A DNA stretch of 51,099 bases from Wenzhouxiangella sp. Its GTDB lineage: Bacteria > Pseudomonadota > Gammaproteobacteria > Xanthomonadales > Wenzhouxiangellaceae. Where the stretch lies: positions 1 through 51,099 of the forward strand of contig SLIA01000021.1 of assembly GCA_007135935.1 (NCBI GenBank), read 5' to 3'. Below are positions 1-17,182 of the stretch, piece by piece (position 1 is the stretch's first letter; each line of letters begins with the position of its first letter). The position numbers and the translations under genes are program-made. The notes beneath the pieces were generated by a model, which worked only from the letters and a program-made list of their open reading frames with translations, was not told the DNA's origin and searched no databases.

Positions 1-41
1 CAACGAATCAACGAATCAACGAATCAACGAATCAACGAATC
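1..41. repeat. Tandem 8-bp repeat (CAACGAAT)x5, probably truncated by the window edge
   Basis: Five perfect copies at 1-40; inverted partial copy GGATTCGTT at 65-73 matches AACGAATCC at 34-42. Confidence 0.95.
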
Positions 42-66
42 CGTGCGCCATTTCACACCCCTGGGG

Positions 67-125
67 ATTCGTTAAGCTTCCGTTCAAGTTCCATTCATGG
101 TTCTTATCGCAAGGGCGAATATCAT
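67..125 (+). promoter_or_regulatory. Putative promoter of the RND operon with three 11-bp-period direct repeats (OmpR/PhoB-family-like box)
   Basis: GTTAA(71-75)-N6-GTTCA(82-86)-N6-ATTCA(93-97), followed by TATCAT -10-like hexamer at 120-125. Confidence 0.45.
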
Positions 126-160
126 TGAACGATTATTCCCCCAAGCCATCGAAAAGCGCA

Positions 161-1231
161 ATGAGGATTGCATTTCTGACGCCCTTCGCCCTGGTCACGG
201 GCTTGCTGTTGCTGGCTGCCTGCGGCAGTGGCGACGACGCTGCCGAAGGTTCGGCACAACAAGACCGGCCGGATCGGTCGCTGCCGGTGCGTGCCGCCGA
301 AACCGGTTCGCGCGACCTGTCGCGTACCGTGCGGCTTTCCGCGCCGGTGGAGCCGATGCGAACCATCCGGCTGGCCGCCCGTACCGACGGCGTCATGACT
401 GACGTGCTGGTCGAGGAGGGCGACCGGGTCGAAGCCGGCGAGGTGCTGGCCAATATCGATGTGCGCGAGCAGCGCGCGGAGTTGGCTCGGGCCCGGGCGA
501 CGTTGTCCGAGAAGGAAGCGAATTTCGAGCGCATGGAACAGCTGCGCGAGCGCGACTATGTCGATGCCGCGCAGTACGAGACCGCGCGTGCCGAACTGGA
601 GATTGCCCGCTCCGACCTGGAACTTTGGCAGACCCGGGTGGACTTCGGCACCGTGACTTCGACCATCGACGGCACGGTGGTGGAGCGTTATATCGAGCCG
701 GGCGAGGCGATCTCGCGGCATGAGCCGCTGTTCGCCATCGCCGATCTGTCCAGCCTGGTGGCGCGGCTGGGCGTGTCGGAGCTCGATGTCGGCAGCCTGC
801 GCGTGGGCGACAGCGTGGTCGTCCAGGTCGATGCCGTCGATGGCGGCAATCCGGTAGGCGGCGTGATCCGTCGCATTTTCCCGGCCGCCGACGAGACCAG
901 CCGCCTGATCACGGTGGAAGTGGAATTGCCCGACGCGCTCGAACTTGGGCTGCGACCCGGGTTTCTCGCCCGGGCGCGACTGCTGGTCGACAGTCGGCCC
1001 GATGTGCTGGCCGTGCCCTCGGTCTCGGTCGGCGAGGAGCGTGGTCAGCATTTCGTCATGCTGATCAATGGCGATGGCCGGCTGGAACGCCGCGATATCG
1101 AGGCCGGCGTGATCCGTGGCGCCTGGCGCGAGGTCATCAGCGGGTTGGAGCCCGGCGAGGAGGTCGTCGCCGCCAATCCACTGGAAATGAACGCCGGCGA
1201 GCAGGTGCGCATCGTCGACTGGGTGGAGTGA
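161..1231 (+). CDS. RND efflux transporter periplasmic adaptor (membrane fusion protein), lipoprotein
   Basis: Lipobox LAAC; lipoyl-like VEEGDRVEAGEVL, coiled-coil hairpin, LRPG and SGLEPGEEVV motifs; directly upstream of RND permease. ATG 161 preferred over TTG 125. Confidence 0.93.
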   Translation: MRIAFLTPFALVTGLLLLAACGSGDDAAEGSAQQDRPDRSLPVRAAETGSRDLSRTVRLSAPVEPMRTIRLAARTDGVMTDVLVEEGDRVEAGEVLANIDVREQRAELARARATLSEKEANFERMEQLRERDYVDAAQYETARAELEIARSDLELWQTRVDFGTVTSTIDGTVVERYIEPGEAISRHEPLFAIADLSSLVARLGVSELDVGSLRVGDSVVVQVDAVDGGNPVGGVIRRIFPAADETSRLITVEVELPDALELGLRPGFLARARLLVDSRPDVLAVPSVSVGEERGQHFVMLINGDGRLERRDIEAGVIRGAWREVISGLEPGEEVVAANPLEMNAGEQVRIVDWVE

Positions 1232-1238
1232 CCGAACC

Positions 1239-4200
1239 ATGTCCGAGAAGCACGAACGACCCGATTCCGATCAAATCGACCCGGCCCGCGGGACGCAGTA
1301 TTACAGCGGCCTGACCCACTCGGCCATTCGCCGGCCGGTGGGCACGCTGGCCATTGCCTCGGTGGTGCTGGTGCTGGGGCTGTTCTTCGTCGACCGGCTG
1401 CCGGTCAACCTGCTGCCCGAGGTCGAATTTCCGCTGGTGCGCATTACCGTCAACTATCCCGGCGTGGCCCCGGAGGTGATGGAAGAGCAGGTTACGCGCG
1501 TGCTCGAGCGCAACCTGTCTTCGGTGGAGAATCTCGCCGGAATTTCCTCGCGCGCCTCGGAAGGCCGCACCAACGTCAACCTGACTTTCGAGCATGGGGT
1601 CGATCTCGACATCGCCATGCAGAATGCCGCGCGCCAGCTCGAGGTGGCGCGCCAGCAGTTGCCCTCCGACATTCAGCCGCCGCGCCTGCGCAAGTGGGAT
1701 CCGGGCGAGTGGGCCATCTGGCGGGCGGGGTTTTCCTCGCCCACGCGTGAACCACGCGAGGTCCGCGACTGGGTGGAGCAGCGGCTGGTGCCGCAGTTGC
1801 AGTCGATCAGCGGCGTGGCCTCGGTGGAGGCGGCCGGTGGCCAGGTGCGCGAGATCGAGGTGGTGCTCGATCAGGATCGCTTGCGCTATTACCGCCTGAC
1901 CCTGTCGGATGTGGCCAATCAGCTCGCCGACGAGAACGTCAACATCGCCGCGGGCAACATTACCTCGCCCAACTTCGATGTGATGGCGCGTACCGACGGG
2001 CGTTTCGCCAGCCCCGAGGACATCGGCGACATCCTGCTGACCGTGCCGGGGACCGAGCGGCGTATCCGCCTGCACGAGATTGCCGATGTGCGCGACGGCT
2101 TTGCCGAGCAGCGCCTGTTCGTGCGCCTCAACGGCACGCAGGCCACGCAGCTGTCGATCTACAAGTTGCCCGAGGCCAACGTGGTGCAGGTGGTCGATGC
2201 CATCAACGAACGCATGGCTCAGCTCGATGAATCGGGCTTCATGCCGCCCGATGTTCACTGGGAGGCCACCCGCGATGGTGCCTATTTCGTGCGCGGCTCG
2301 GTCGACGCGGTCGCTGCCGCGGCCATTCTCGGCGCGGTCCTGGCCATGGTCGTGGTGCTGGCTTTCCTGGGATCGTTGAGAAAGAGTTTCGTCATCGGAC
2401 TGTCGATTCCGCTGGCGGTGCTGTTTACCTTCGTGCTCATGGGCCTGGGCGGACAGACGCTCAACGTGATCAGTCTCGGCGGCCTGGCGCTGGGGGTCGG
2501 CTTGCTGCTCGACAACGCTATCGTCATGCTCGAAAACATTTCGCGCCACCGCGACAAGCTCAAGAAATCCTCGCAGGAAGCAGCCCACGATGGGGCCCAG
2601 GAAGTGATTTCGGCGATTACCGCCGGCACCCTGACCAACCTGGCCGCCGTGGTGCCGTTTTTGCTGATTACCGGCATGGCCGCGCTGGTGTTCCGGGAAC
2701 TGATTCTGACGATTTCCTTTGCCGTGGTCGCCTCGCTGGCCGTGGCGCTGACCCTGGTGCCCATGCTGTCGGCCCAGTTCGGCAAGGTGCAGTACCGCTC
2801 CGGCCTCAATCGCACGGCGATCTATCGCGGCTTCGATGCCTTCATCGAGTGGCTGATCGTGCGTTATCGCGCCATCCTGCGCCCGATGCTGCGCTGGCGC
2901 TGGGGCGTGGTGGCGGCTTCGGTCGGCCTGTTCGTGATCGCGGTGCTGGGCATGGGCCGGCTGGGCAACGAGTTCCTGCCGCAGCTCGACGACGGCCAGG
3001 TCAACGTGCGCATCCACCTGCCGCCGGGCACCACGCCGGAGCAGACCGATCAAGCCGCGCGCATGGTGGAAAACGAAATTCGCGACATGCCGCACGTGGA
3101 GAGCGTGTTTGCCATCGTCGGCGGGCACCTGCATGGCGGGGTGGTTTCGGAAAGGCCGGGCACGGCGCGCATGGACGTGGTGCTGACCGATGCCGCCGAA
3201 CGCCCCGACCTGCCGGCCGGGCTGTGGGTGGCCGAGGCACAGCAGCGTCTGCGTGAACTCGATATCCCCAATGCCCGCACCTGGATTCGTCCACCACGCA
3301 TTCCGGGGCTCAATTTCGGGGCCCGCGGCACCGACATGGACGTGATGATCGTCGGCGAGGATCTCGACACGCTCGAGAACCTGGCGCTGGAGATGGTCGA
3401 CCGGCTCGACGGTCTGACCGGCCTGGACGATATCGAGATGGCGCGCGATGACCGCACGCCGCTGTTGAGCATCGATGTCGACCGCGAGCGTGCCGCCGCG
3501 CTGGGGCTGAATGTCGGCGAGGTCGGCCGCTCGTTGCGCGATGCGGTCACCGGGGCCGTGCCCACCCGCTATTCCACCGGCGCCAACGAATACGATGTGC
3601 GCGTGCGCCTGCCGCGAGAGGTCACCGGCGACGAGCAGGAGCTGGGACAACTCATTGTGTCTTCAGGCAACGGGCGCGTGATTCAGCTGGCCGATGTCGC
3701 CCGATTCAACATGGGCGAGGGCCCGGCCCACATCGAGCGGGAAAACCAGGTGCGTGTGCAGCGCGTGACCGGTAATTTCAATACCGCGCTCAACGATGCC
3801 GGTTCGATCATGAACGAGATTCGGGATCGAATCGAGGCCATGGATATTCCCGACCAGTACGGGCTTATCTTTGCCGGTCAGTTCGAGACCGCCGAGGAAA
3901 CCGACCGGGAAATGATGACCGTCATCCTGCTGGCCCTGTTCCTGGTCTTCGTGGTGCTGGCGGTGCAATACGACCGGTTGTCCAATCCGCTGGTCATCAT
4001 GGCCGCCGCCCCGCTGAGTCTGATCGGTGTGGTCAGCATGCTCGCGATCACCGGGACACCATTGTCGGCCCCGGCCTTTCTGGGCGTGATTCTGCTGATC
4101 GGTATCGTGGTCAACAACGCCATTTTGCTGGTCGAATACATCGAGCGCGGGCGACGGCGCGGACTGACCACGGTGGATGCGGTGGTCGAGGCCGGCGGCA

Positions 4201-4466
4201 TTCGCTTGAGGCCGATTCTCATGACCACGCTGACCACGGTCGCCGGCATGACTCCGCTGGCCATCGGCATGGGCTCGGGCGCGAACCTGATGCAGCCGCT
4301 GGCCGTGGCCGTGATCGGCGGTCTGCTGGTGGCCATGTTGCTGACCCTGTTTCTGATTCCCTGCCTGTACGTGATCGTGCAGAACGCCAGCGACTGGCTG
4401 GTCGAGAAACTGACCGGCAAGCGCCCGGATCGGACCCTCGGGCAGGCCGGGGTGGCGGCGGGATGA
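1239..4466 (+). CDS. RND efflux transporter permease (AcrB/AcrD/AcrF family)
   Basis: 1075 aa; IRRPV start, YPGVAPEVMEEQVT, LLLDNAIVMLENI, GIVVNNAILLVEY, RLRPILMT motifs; two hydrophobic blocks separated by large periplasmic loops. Confidence 0.96.
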   Translation: MSEKHERPDSDQIDPARGTQYYSGLTHSAIRRPVGTLAIASVVLVLGLFFVDRLPVNLLPEVEFPLVRITVNYPGVAPEVMEEQVTRVLERNLSSVENLAGISSRASEGRTNVNLTFEHGVDLDIAMQNAARQLEVARQQLPSDIQPPRLRKWDPGEWAIWRAGFSSPTREPREVRDWVEQRLVPQLQSISGVASVEAAGGQVREIEVVLDQDRLRYYRLTLSDVANQLADENVNIAAGNITSPNFDVMARTDGRFASPEDIGDILLTVPGTERRIRLHEIADVRDGFAEQRLFVRLNGTQATQLSIYKLPEANVVQVVDAINERMAQLDESGFMPPDVHWEATRDGAYFVRGSVDAVAAAAILGAVLAMVVVLAFLGSLRKSFVIGLSIPLAVLFTFVLMGLGGQTLNVISLGGLALGVGLLLDNAIVMLENISRHRDKLKKSSQEAAHDGAQEVISAITAGTLTNLAAVVPFLLITGMAALVFRELILTISFAVVASLAVALTLVPMLSAQFGKVQYRSGLNRTAIYRGFDAFIEWLIVRYRAILRPMLRWRWGVVAASVGLFVIAVLGMGRLGNEFLPQLDDGQVNVRIHLPPGTTPEQTDQAARMVENEIRDMPHVESVFAIVGGHLHGGVVSERPGTARMDVVLTDAAERPDLPAGLWVAEAQQRLRELDIPNARTWIRPPRIPGLNFGARGTDMDVMIVGEDLDTLENLALEMVDRLDGLTGLDDIEMARDDRTPLLSIDVDRERAAALGLNVGEVGRSLRDAVTGAVPTRYSTGANEYDVRVRLPREVTGDEQELGQLIVSSGNGRVIQLADVARFNMGEGPAHIERENQVRVQRVTGNFNTALNDAGSIMNEIRDRIEAMDIPDQYGLIFAGQFETAEETDREMMTVILLALFLVFVVLAVQYDRLSNPLVIMAAAPLSLIGVVSMLAITGTPLSAPAFLGVILLIGIVVNNAILLVEYIERGRRRGLTTVDAVVEAGGIRLRPILMTTLTTVAGMTPLAIGMGSGANLMQPLAVAVIGGLLVAMLLTLFLIPCLYVIVQNASDWLVEKLTGKRPDRTLGQAGVAAG

Positions 4467-4484
4467 GCAGGGCAGGTCGGTCTG

Positions 4485-5129
4485 CTATCGCGGCGGGTCG
4501 ATGTGGCCGGCGATCGAGTTGTTGAGGCGGAACCAGCCGGCAATGCTGGCCCGGTGGGTGCGGGCCGGCAGCACTTCGTGTGGGATTTCCTCGCTCATGA
4601 ACAGCGCCATGGTGCCGGCGCGCGGCTGAACGCGAATGATCTCTTCGTCGCTGTCGGGCTGGTAGAGCACCAGTTCTCCGCCATCGCCGGGCTGCCAGGT
4701 TTCATTGAGGTAGATCACGACCGAGACGATGCGGTTGGCCGCGCCGCGAAAGCTGTCGTAATGGCGTCGATAGAAGGCGCCGGGCGGATAGTGGGCCAAA
4801 TGGCCTTCGAATTCGAACAGTCCGAGGAACAGTTCGCGATTGAGGTCGAGCCGCAATTCTTCCATTCGGTCGAGCAGGCGCCGTTGCATCGGGCGTTCGC
4901 GGTTCAGCCAGTAGATGCGGTCGCTGCGGATATCGCTGTCGAGCAGGTAGTCGGTTTCCCGGCCAATACCGGCGCGTTCGAAGCGTTCCTGTTCGACCAG
5001 TTCGATCAATTCCGAGCGCAGCGCCCCGAGCAGGTCGCCGCAGACGATGTTGTCGCCCGCCCACCAGCCCTGCTGGCGCAATCCGCTGGTTGCCGCGAGA
5101 ATGTTGCAGGCCGACACCACGGCATTCAC
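4485..5129 (-). CDS. 2OG-Fe(II) oxygenase, prolyl-4-hydroxylase (PHD/EGLN, SM-20)-like
   Basis: IRSDRIYWL, FYRRHYD (HxD), YLNETWQPGDGGEL, PHEVLP...RASIAGWF; GTG start overlaps srkA stop (GTGA). Confidence 0.88.
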   Translation of the reverse strand: MNAVVSACNILAATSGLRQQGWWAGDNIVCGDLLGALRSELIELVEQERFERAGIGRETDYLLDSDIRSDRIYWLNRERPMQRRLLDRMEELRLDLNRELFLGLFEFEGHLAHYPPGAFYRRHYDSFRGAANRIVSVVIYLNETWQPGDGGELVLYQPDSDEEIIRVQPRAGTMALFMSEEIPHEVLPARTHRASIAGWFRLNNSIAGHIDPPR

Positions 5130-6139
5130 GAAAGTCTCTCCGGCAGTTGCAGCGGTGGCTCGGCCATTTCTCCGAGTTGTTCCTTCAGTTGTTCGATGAC
5201 GTTTTCCCAGTGCCGGTCTTCGCCGAACCATGGAAAGGCAGCGGGAAAGGCCGGGTCATCCCAGCGCCGCGCCAGCCAGGCCTGATAATAGATCATGCGC
5301 AGGGTTCGCAGCGGCTCGATGAGGTGCAGCTCCCGGGCATCGAAGTCGTGAAACCGGCAATACTCCGACAGCATCCACCCCAGCTGCCGCTCGCGCTCAT
5401 GGCGATCGCCGGAGACGAGCATCCACAGGTCCTGAATGGCCGGGCCGGTAAGACAGTCGTCGAGGTCGACGAAATGGGCCTGTTCGTCGCGCCAGAGGAT
5501 ATTGCCCGGGTGACAGTCGCCGTGAAGTCGCAGCTCAACGATGGCGCCGGCACGGCTGTAGGCGGCCCGAATGGCTTGCAGGAGCTGTTCACAGAGCTGT
5601 TCGAACGGTTTTTCAAGGTGCCACGGCAGCCAGTTGTTGTCCAGCAGCCAACGAACGGGTTGTTCACCACGTTCAGACACGGTCAGTCTCGGACGATGGC
5701 TGAATGGAGCGGCTGCACCGATGGCATGCAGGCGCCCCAGCACGCGACCTATGTGACGCAGGGTGGGTTCGTGGGCCAGTTCCGGGGCATGGCCGCCGCG
5801 GCGGGGAAATACGGCAAAGCGGAAGCCGGCATGACGGTGCAGGGTGGCGCCGTCGAAGACCAGGGGCGCGACCACTGACAGGCCGCCGTCGACCAGTTCG
5901 GCGGAAAACCGGTGCTCTTCCTCGATGGCCTCGTCCGACCAGCGTCCCGGCCGGTAGAACTTGACCACCACTGGTTCGCGCGCGTCCAGCCCGACTTGCC
6001 AGACCCGGTTTTCGTAGCTGCCCAGGGCAAGCAGGCGACCGTCGGTCAGCACGCCCAGGCTTTCGACCGACTCCAGCACGGTTTCCGGACCGAGGCCGGC
6101 AAAAGGCCGTGCGGACTGCTCAGGCAAGTTTTTCTCCAC
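5126..6139 (-). CDS. srkA: Ser/Thr protein kinase SrkA/RdoA (YihE)
   Basis: SYENRV, VVKFYRPGRWS..AIEEEH, RLHGDCHPGNILW, FVDLDD, PAIQDLWML, WLARRWDDPAFPAAFPWF; start codon uncertain. Confidence 0.93.
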   Translation of the reverse strand: MEKNLPEQSARPFAGLGPETVLESVESLGVLTDGRLLALGSYENRVWQVGLDAREPVVVKFYRPGRWSDEAIEEEHRFSAELVDGGLSVVAPLVFDGATLHRHAGFRFAVFPRRGGHAPELAHEPTLRHIGRVLGRLHAIGAAAPFSHRPRLTVSERGEQPVRWLLDNNWLPWHLEKPFEQLCEQLLQAIRAAYSRAGAIVELRLHGDCHPGNILWRDEQAHFVDLDDCLTGPAIQDLWMLVSGDRHERERQLGWMLSEYCRFHDFDARELHLIEPLRTLRMIYYQAWLARRWDDPAFPAAFPWFGEDRHWENVIEQLKEQLGEMAEPPLQLPERLS

Positions 6140-6246
6140 GGGTGTGCACGCTGGTCTCCCTCGTTGGCTTATGATGCTTGGCACGGTCGGCCGTGGCGGC
6201 TTGTCCCTCATCGGCGCCGGCAAGTATCCACATGGAGCATTGTGGC

Positions 6247-7485
6247 ATGAAAACGCTCACCTTCGTTCTTGCGGTCATGCTGACTGCGGGCGGCGGCGCT
6301 GTTGCTGCCGAAGACCGCGACCGCGAAGAGCGCAAGCGACAGCAGGAGGAACTGCAGGAGTTGTCCTGTCGCGACGAGCTCGATCGTCCCGAAAGCTGGC
6401 TCGATCGTTCCCATTCCTACCTTGGCCAGCGGTTGTGCGAGCCGGCAGCCTGGTTCGATGGCTTCTTCGGTGACGAACGTGCGTTGGAGGAGACTCCGGT
6501 CGGGACGTTTTTCCGTTTTCGCAACTCCGTGTTGTGGGATCAGACCGAGGGCACGAGTCTGGGGGTTCAGGTGCGCGCCAACGTCATCTTGCCGCGCGTG
6601 TCGGAGCGAGTCAGGCTGCTGGTCAGTCGTGACGCCGATTTCAGCGACGAGTTCGGTGACGGTCCGCCGGTTGGTGACCCGGACGAGCGCACGCGGCTGG
6701 GCCTGCGTTTCCTGGGGACCGAACGGGCACGCAGCCGTTTCGACATCGATGGAACGGTGCGGGTCAGCGGCACCGATCTCAATCCACTGGTGCGTGGCCG
6801 CTACCGATACGTGCAGGGGCTGACGCAGCATACTCTGGCGCGCGCGACCCAAACGCTGTTCTGGGAGTACGAGGATGGCCTGGGCACGACCTCGCGCCTG
6901 GACTGGGAGTGGCTGCCCGATCGCGATCGACTCGTCCGCTGGACTGGCCAGGGCACCTGGTCGGAGGGCTCGAGCGGGGTGGACTGGCGAAGCTCGGTGG
7001 TGGCCTTCCAGCAACTGGACTCGCGTACGGCTCTGCGCGGCGAGGTGGGATCGTTCGGATTTACGCACCCGAGTTTCGAGGTCGAGGAATACTTCGTCGC
7101 GCTGCGCTATCGGCGTCAGTTTCTGCGTCACTGGCTGTTCTATGAAGTCCAGCCGGAGCATGCCTGGCCGCGCGACTTCGACACCGGCGAGCCTCGGCGC
7201 AGTGACTGGCGGCTGACTTTCACCCTGGAAGTGCAGTTCGAGAACGAACGCGCCCGGCGCGAGCGTCTAAGGCGTTATGCCGGTGACGAAGTCGATCCGG
7301 ATGAATGGCATCTCGAACCGATACCGGTCGAGGCGCCGGGCGAGGATCGGGTCGACGATCCGGTGCTCGAGGAGATCGACCTGGAAGACGAAGAGGACGA
7401 TGACGAGCAGGCCGACAACGGCGATTCCGACAAGGATGGCAACGACGAGGATGACAACGACATGGACGGCTTGCTTGCGACCTGA
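6247..7485 (+). CDS. Exported hypothetical protein, probable outer-membrane beta-barrel with highly acidic C-terminal tail
   Basis: Signal peptide MKTLTFVLAVMLTAGGGAVAA; amphipathic aromatic-rich beta-strand pattern ending LEVQF; then a D/E-rich tail. Confidence 0.7.
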   Translation: MKTLTFVLAVMLTAGGGAVAAEDRDREERKRQQEELQELSCRDELDRPESWLDRSHSYLGQRLCEPAAWFDGFFGDERALEETPVGTFFRFRNSVLWDQTEGTSLGVQVRANVILPRVSERVRLLVSRDADFSDEFGDGPPVGDPDERTRLGLRFLGTERARSRFDIDGTVRVSGTDLNPLVRGRYRYVQGLTQHTLARATQTLFWEYEDGLGTTSRLDWEWLPDRDRLVRWTGQGTWSEGSSGVDWRSSVVAFQQLDSRTALRGEVGSFGFTHPSFEVEEYFVALRYRRQFLRHWLFYEVQPEHAWPRDFDTGEPRRSDWRLTFTLEVQFENERARRERLRRYAGDEVDPDEWHLEPIPVEAPGEDRVDDPVLEEIDLEDEEDDDEQADNGDSDKDGNDEDDNDMDGLLAT

Positions 7486-7694
7486 TCGAGGGTCGTTTCG
7501 GGGATGCAGGAGCATCAGGCCCCGCAGGGAGCTGGTTTGTCGCGGCCGTAGACGCATTCGACGTCTGCCGCTTGTGCCAGGAGGTCGCCGGTTGCCGTGT
7601 TGCCGTGCAGGCTGCCCGCTTCTTGCATTCCTGCCGACGCGCGGGTTGCACTAGAGTGGTCGGCAATCTTGTCCCTGATCGACGGTAAATTTTC

Positions 7695-8963
7695 ATGAGC
7701 CAGCGTGTAGCGGTGGTTGGAACGGGTATGGCCGGGTTGGCCGCTGCCCGCGCGTGTGGCGATGCCGGGCTCGATGTCACGCTGTTCGAGTCGCGCGACG
7801 GGCTGGGCATGGCGGCTCACTCCCTGGAGGTTGAAGGCGGCATTGTCGATGTGCCGTTGAGGGTCATGGGCGAGGGGCGCTGGGACCGGACCCTGGAGTT
7901 GGCCCGGCGCGCCGGTATGACGACCTTCAATGCCGATGTGCGAGTGTCCTGCAACTGGATGGATCAGCGCACCTGGTTTCGCAGCGGCCACATGCCGCTG
8001 ACCGGGTGGCCCATGTTCGGTTCCTGGCGGCATTTCAGGGTACGTGGCCTGCGTCTGGGGATGGGCTTGTTTCGTCTGGCGCGCCGTACCCGGCAGTTTC
8101 GCGACGAAAATCTCGAACTCCGGCTCGATGAGTTTGCCTGGCGGCATATGCCAGACCGGCTGTTCTGGCGGGGCCTGATTCTCCCCATTCTCTCCACCAT
8201 CTGCACTTGCGACGAGCAGCGACTGAACGATTGGCCGGCGGGCCAGCTGCTTGACTTGCTCGACAATATTCTGCACTCGGGTGAACTGGTACGCCTGAAT
8301 GGGGGGACCGTGCGGTTTGCCGAAGCGCTGGCAGGCGATTTCCCTGCCTTTTTCGGCAACCCGGTCCGTTTCATCCGCCCTGCGGCCGACGGCCTGGAGG
8401 TGCGCAATGCGTGTGGGCAAGGTGATGTCTACGATCACGTGATCGTCGCCACCCAGGCCAATCAGCTCGACTTCCTCGACGATGACGCTTTTGGTGCCGA
8501 GCGCGAGGTTCTGGCCGCCATTCCCTATGCCAACGGCGAGTTGGTCGTCCACCGGGATGAACGCTTCATGCCGCGCAGGCGAAGTGACTGGACCGCACTC
8601 AATTTCATGATGGACCGGCAGCTTGGCGATGCCATGTTCACCGTGTGGGTCAATGCCGTCGAGCCGACGCTCACCGACAAGTCGCCAGTGTTCCAGACCT
8701 GGAGTCCGATGTTCGAGCCCATGGAGAGGCAGATCATCGAGCGTATCCCGATGCAGCGCGCGGTGGTCAACGAGAGCAACGCCGAGGTGCTCGCCCGCCT
8801 GGAACAGTGGCACGATGAGCCGGACCGGCGCCTGTTCTACTGCGGTTCCTGGGCTTACCCGGGAGTGCCGCTGCTGGAGACGGCGGTACGCTCGGCCGAG
8901 GCGGTGGCATCCCGGCTGACCGGTCGGGCTGCCTGCCGATCCCGCGTGGCGGCCTCTGGCTGA
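7695..8963 (+). CDS. FAD-dependent oxidoreductase (amine-oxidase-like, COG2907 type)
   Basis: N-terminal GxGxxG (VAVVGTGMAGLAAA), FE dinucleotide-binding acid, C-terminal FYCGSWAYPGVPLLETAVRSA. Confidence 0.85.
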   Translation: MSQRVAVVGTGMAGLAAARACGDAGLDVTLFESRDGLGMAAHSLEVEGGIVDVPLRVMGEGRWDRTLELARRAGMTTFNADVRVSCNWMDQRTWFRSGHMPLTGWPMFGSWRHFRVRGLRLGMGLFRLARRTRQFRDENLELRLDEFAWRHMPDRLFWRGLILPILSTICTCDEQRLNDWPAGQLLDLLDNILHSGELVRLNGGTVRFAEALAGDFPAFFGNPVRFIRPAADGLEVRNACGQGDVYDHVIVATQANQLDFLDDDAFGAEREVLAAIPYANGELVVHRDERFMPRRRSDWTALNFMMDRQLGDAMFTVWVNAVEPTLTDKSPVFQTWSPMFEPMERQIIERIPMQRAVVNESNAEVLARLEQWHDEPDRRLFYCGSWAYPGVPLLETAVRSAEAVASRLTGRAACRSRVAASG

Positions 8964-9042
8964 ATGGCCGGAAACAATCTACGCGCGCTGCCGCTCAAGC
9001 GGCTCGGTTTATCATGAGGCAGTCGAGACCAAGAATCCCGCC

Positions 9043-17010
<7,968 letters not shown>

Positions 17011-17182
17011 GGGGTCCTGCCGCCTGCCGTTCGTGACGGCATACTGATGCGTATCGTCTAGGATACCGAAATAGACCGTCTGCGAGAATGAATGATCCGC
17101 GAAATTTCCTTGATAGTCGTCCTTCTCGGCCCGACAATCATGTATTGAAACCACCCAATCACATTGGATCCGATACCCGCTT

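Noticed and set aside
1137-3650. 837-aa minus-strand ORF (also 122-1240)
   Set aside because: Antisense to the well-supported RND genes; no recognisable protein features
7486-7694. Possible ncRNA or small ORF in a 200-bp gap
   Set aside because: Only weak short stems; no convincing SD or coding signal
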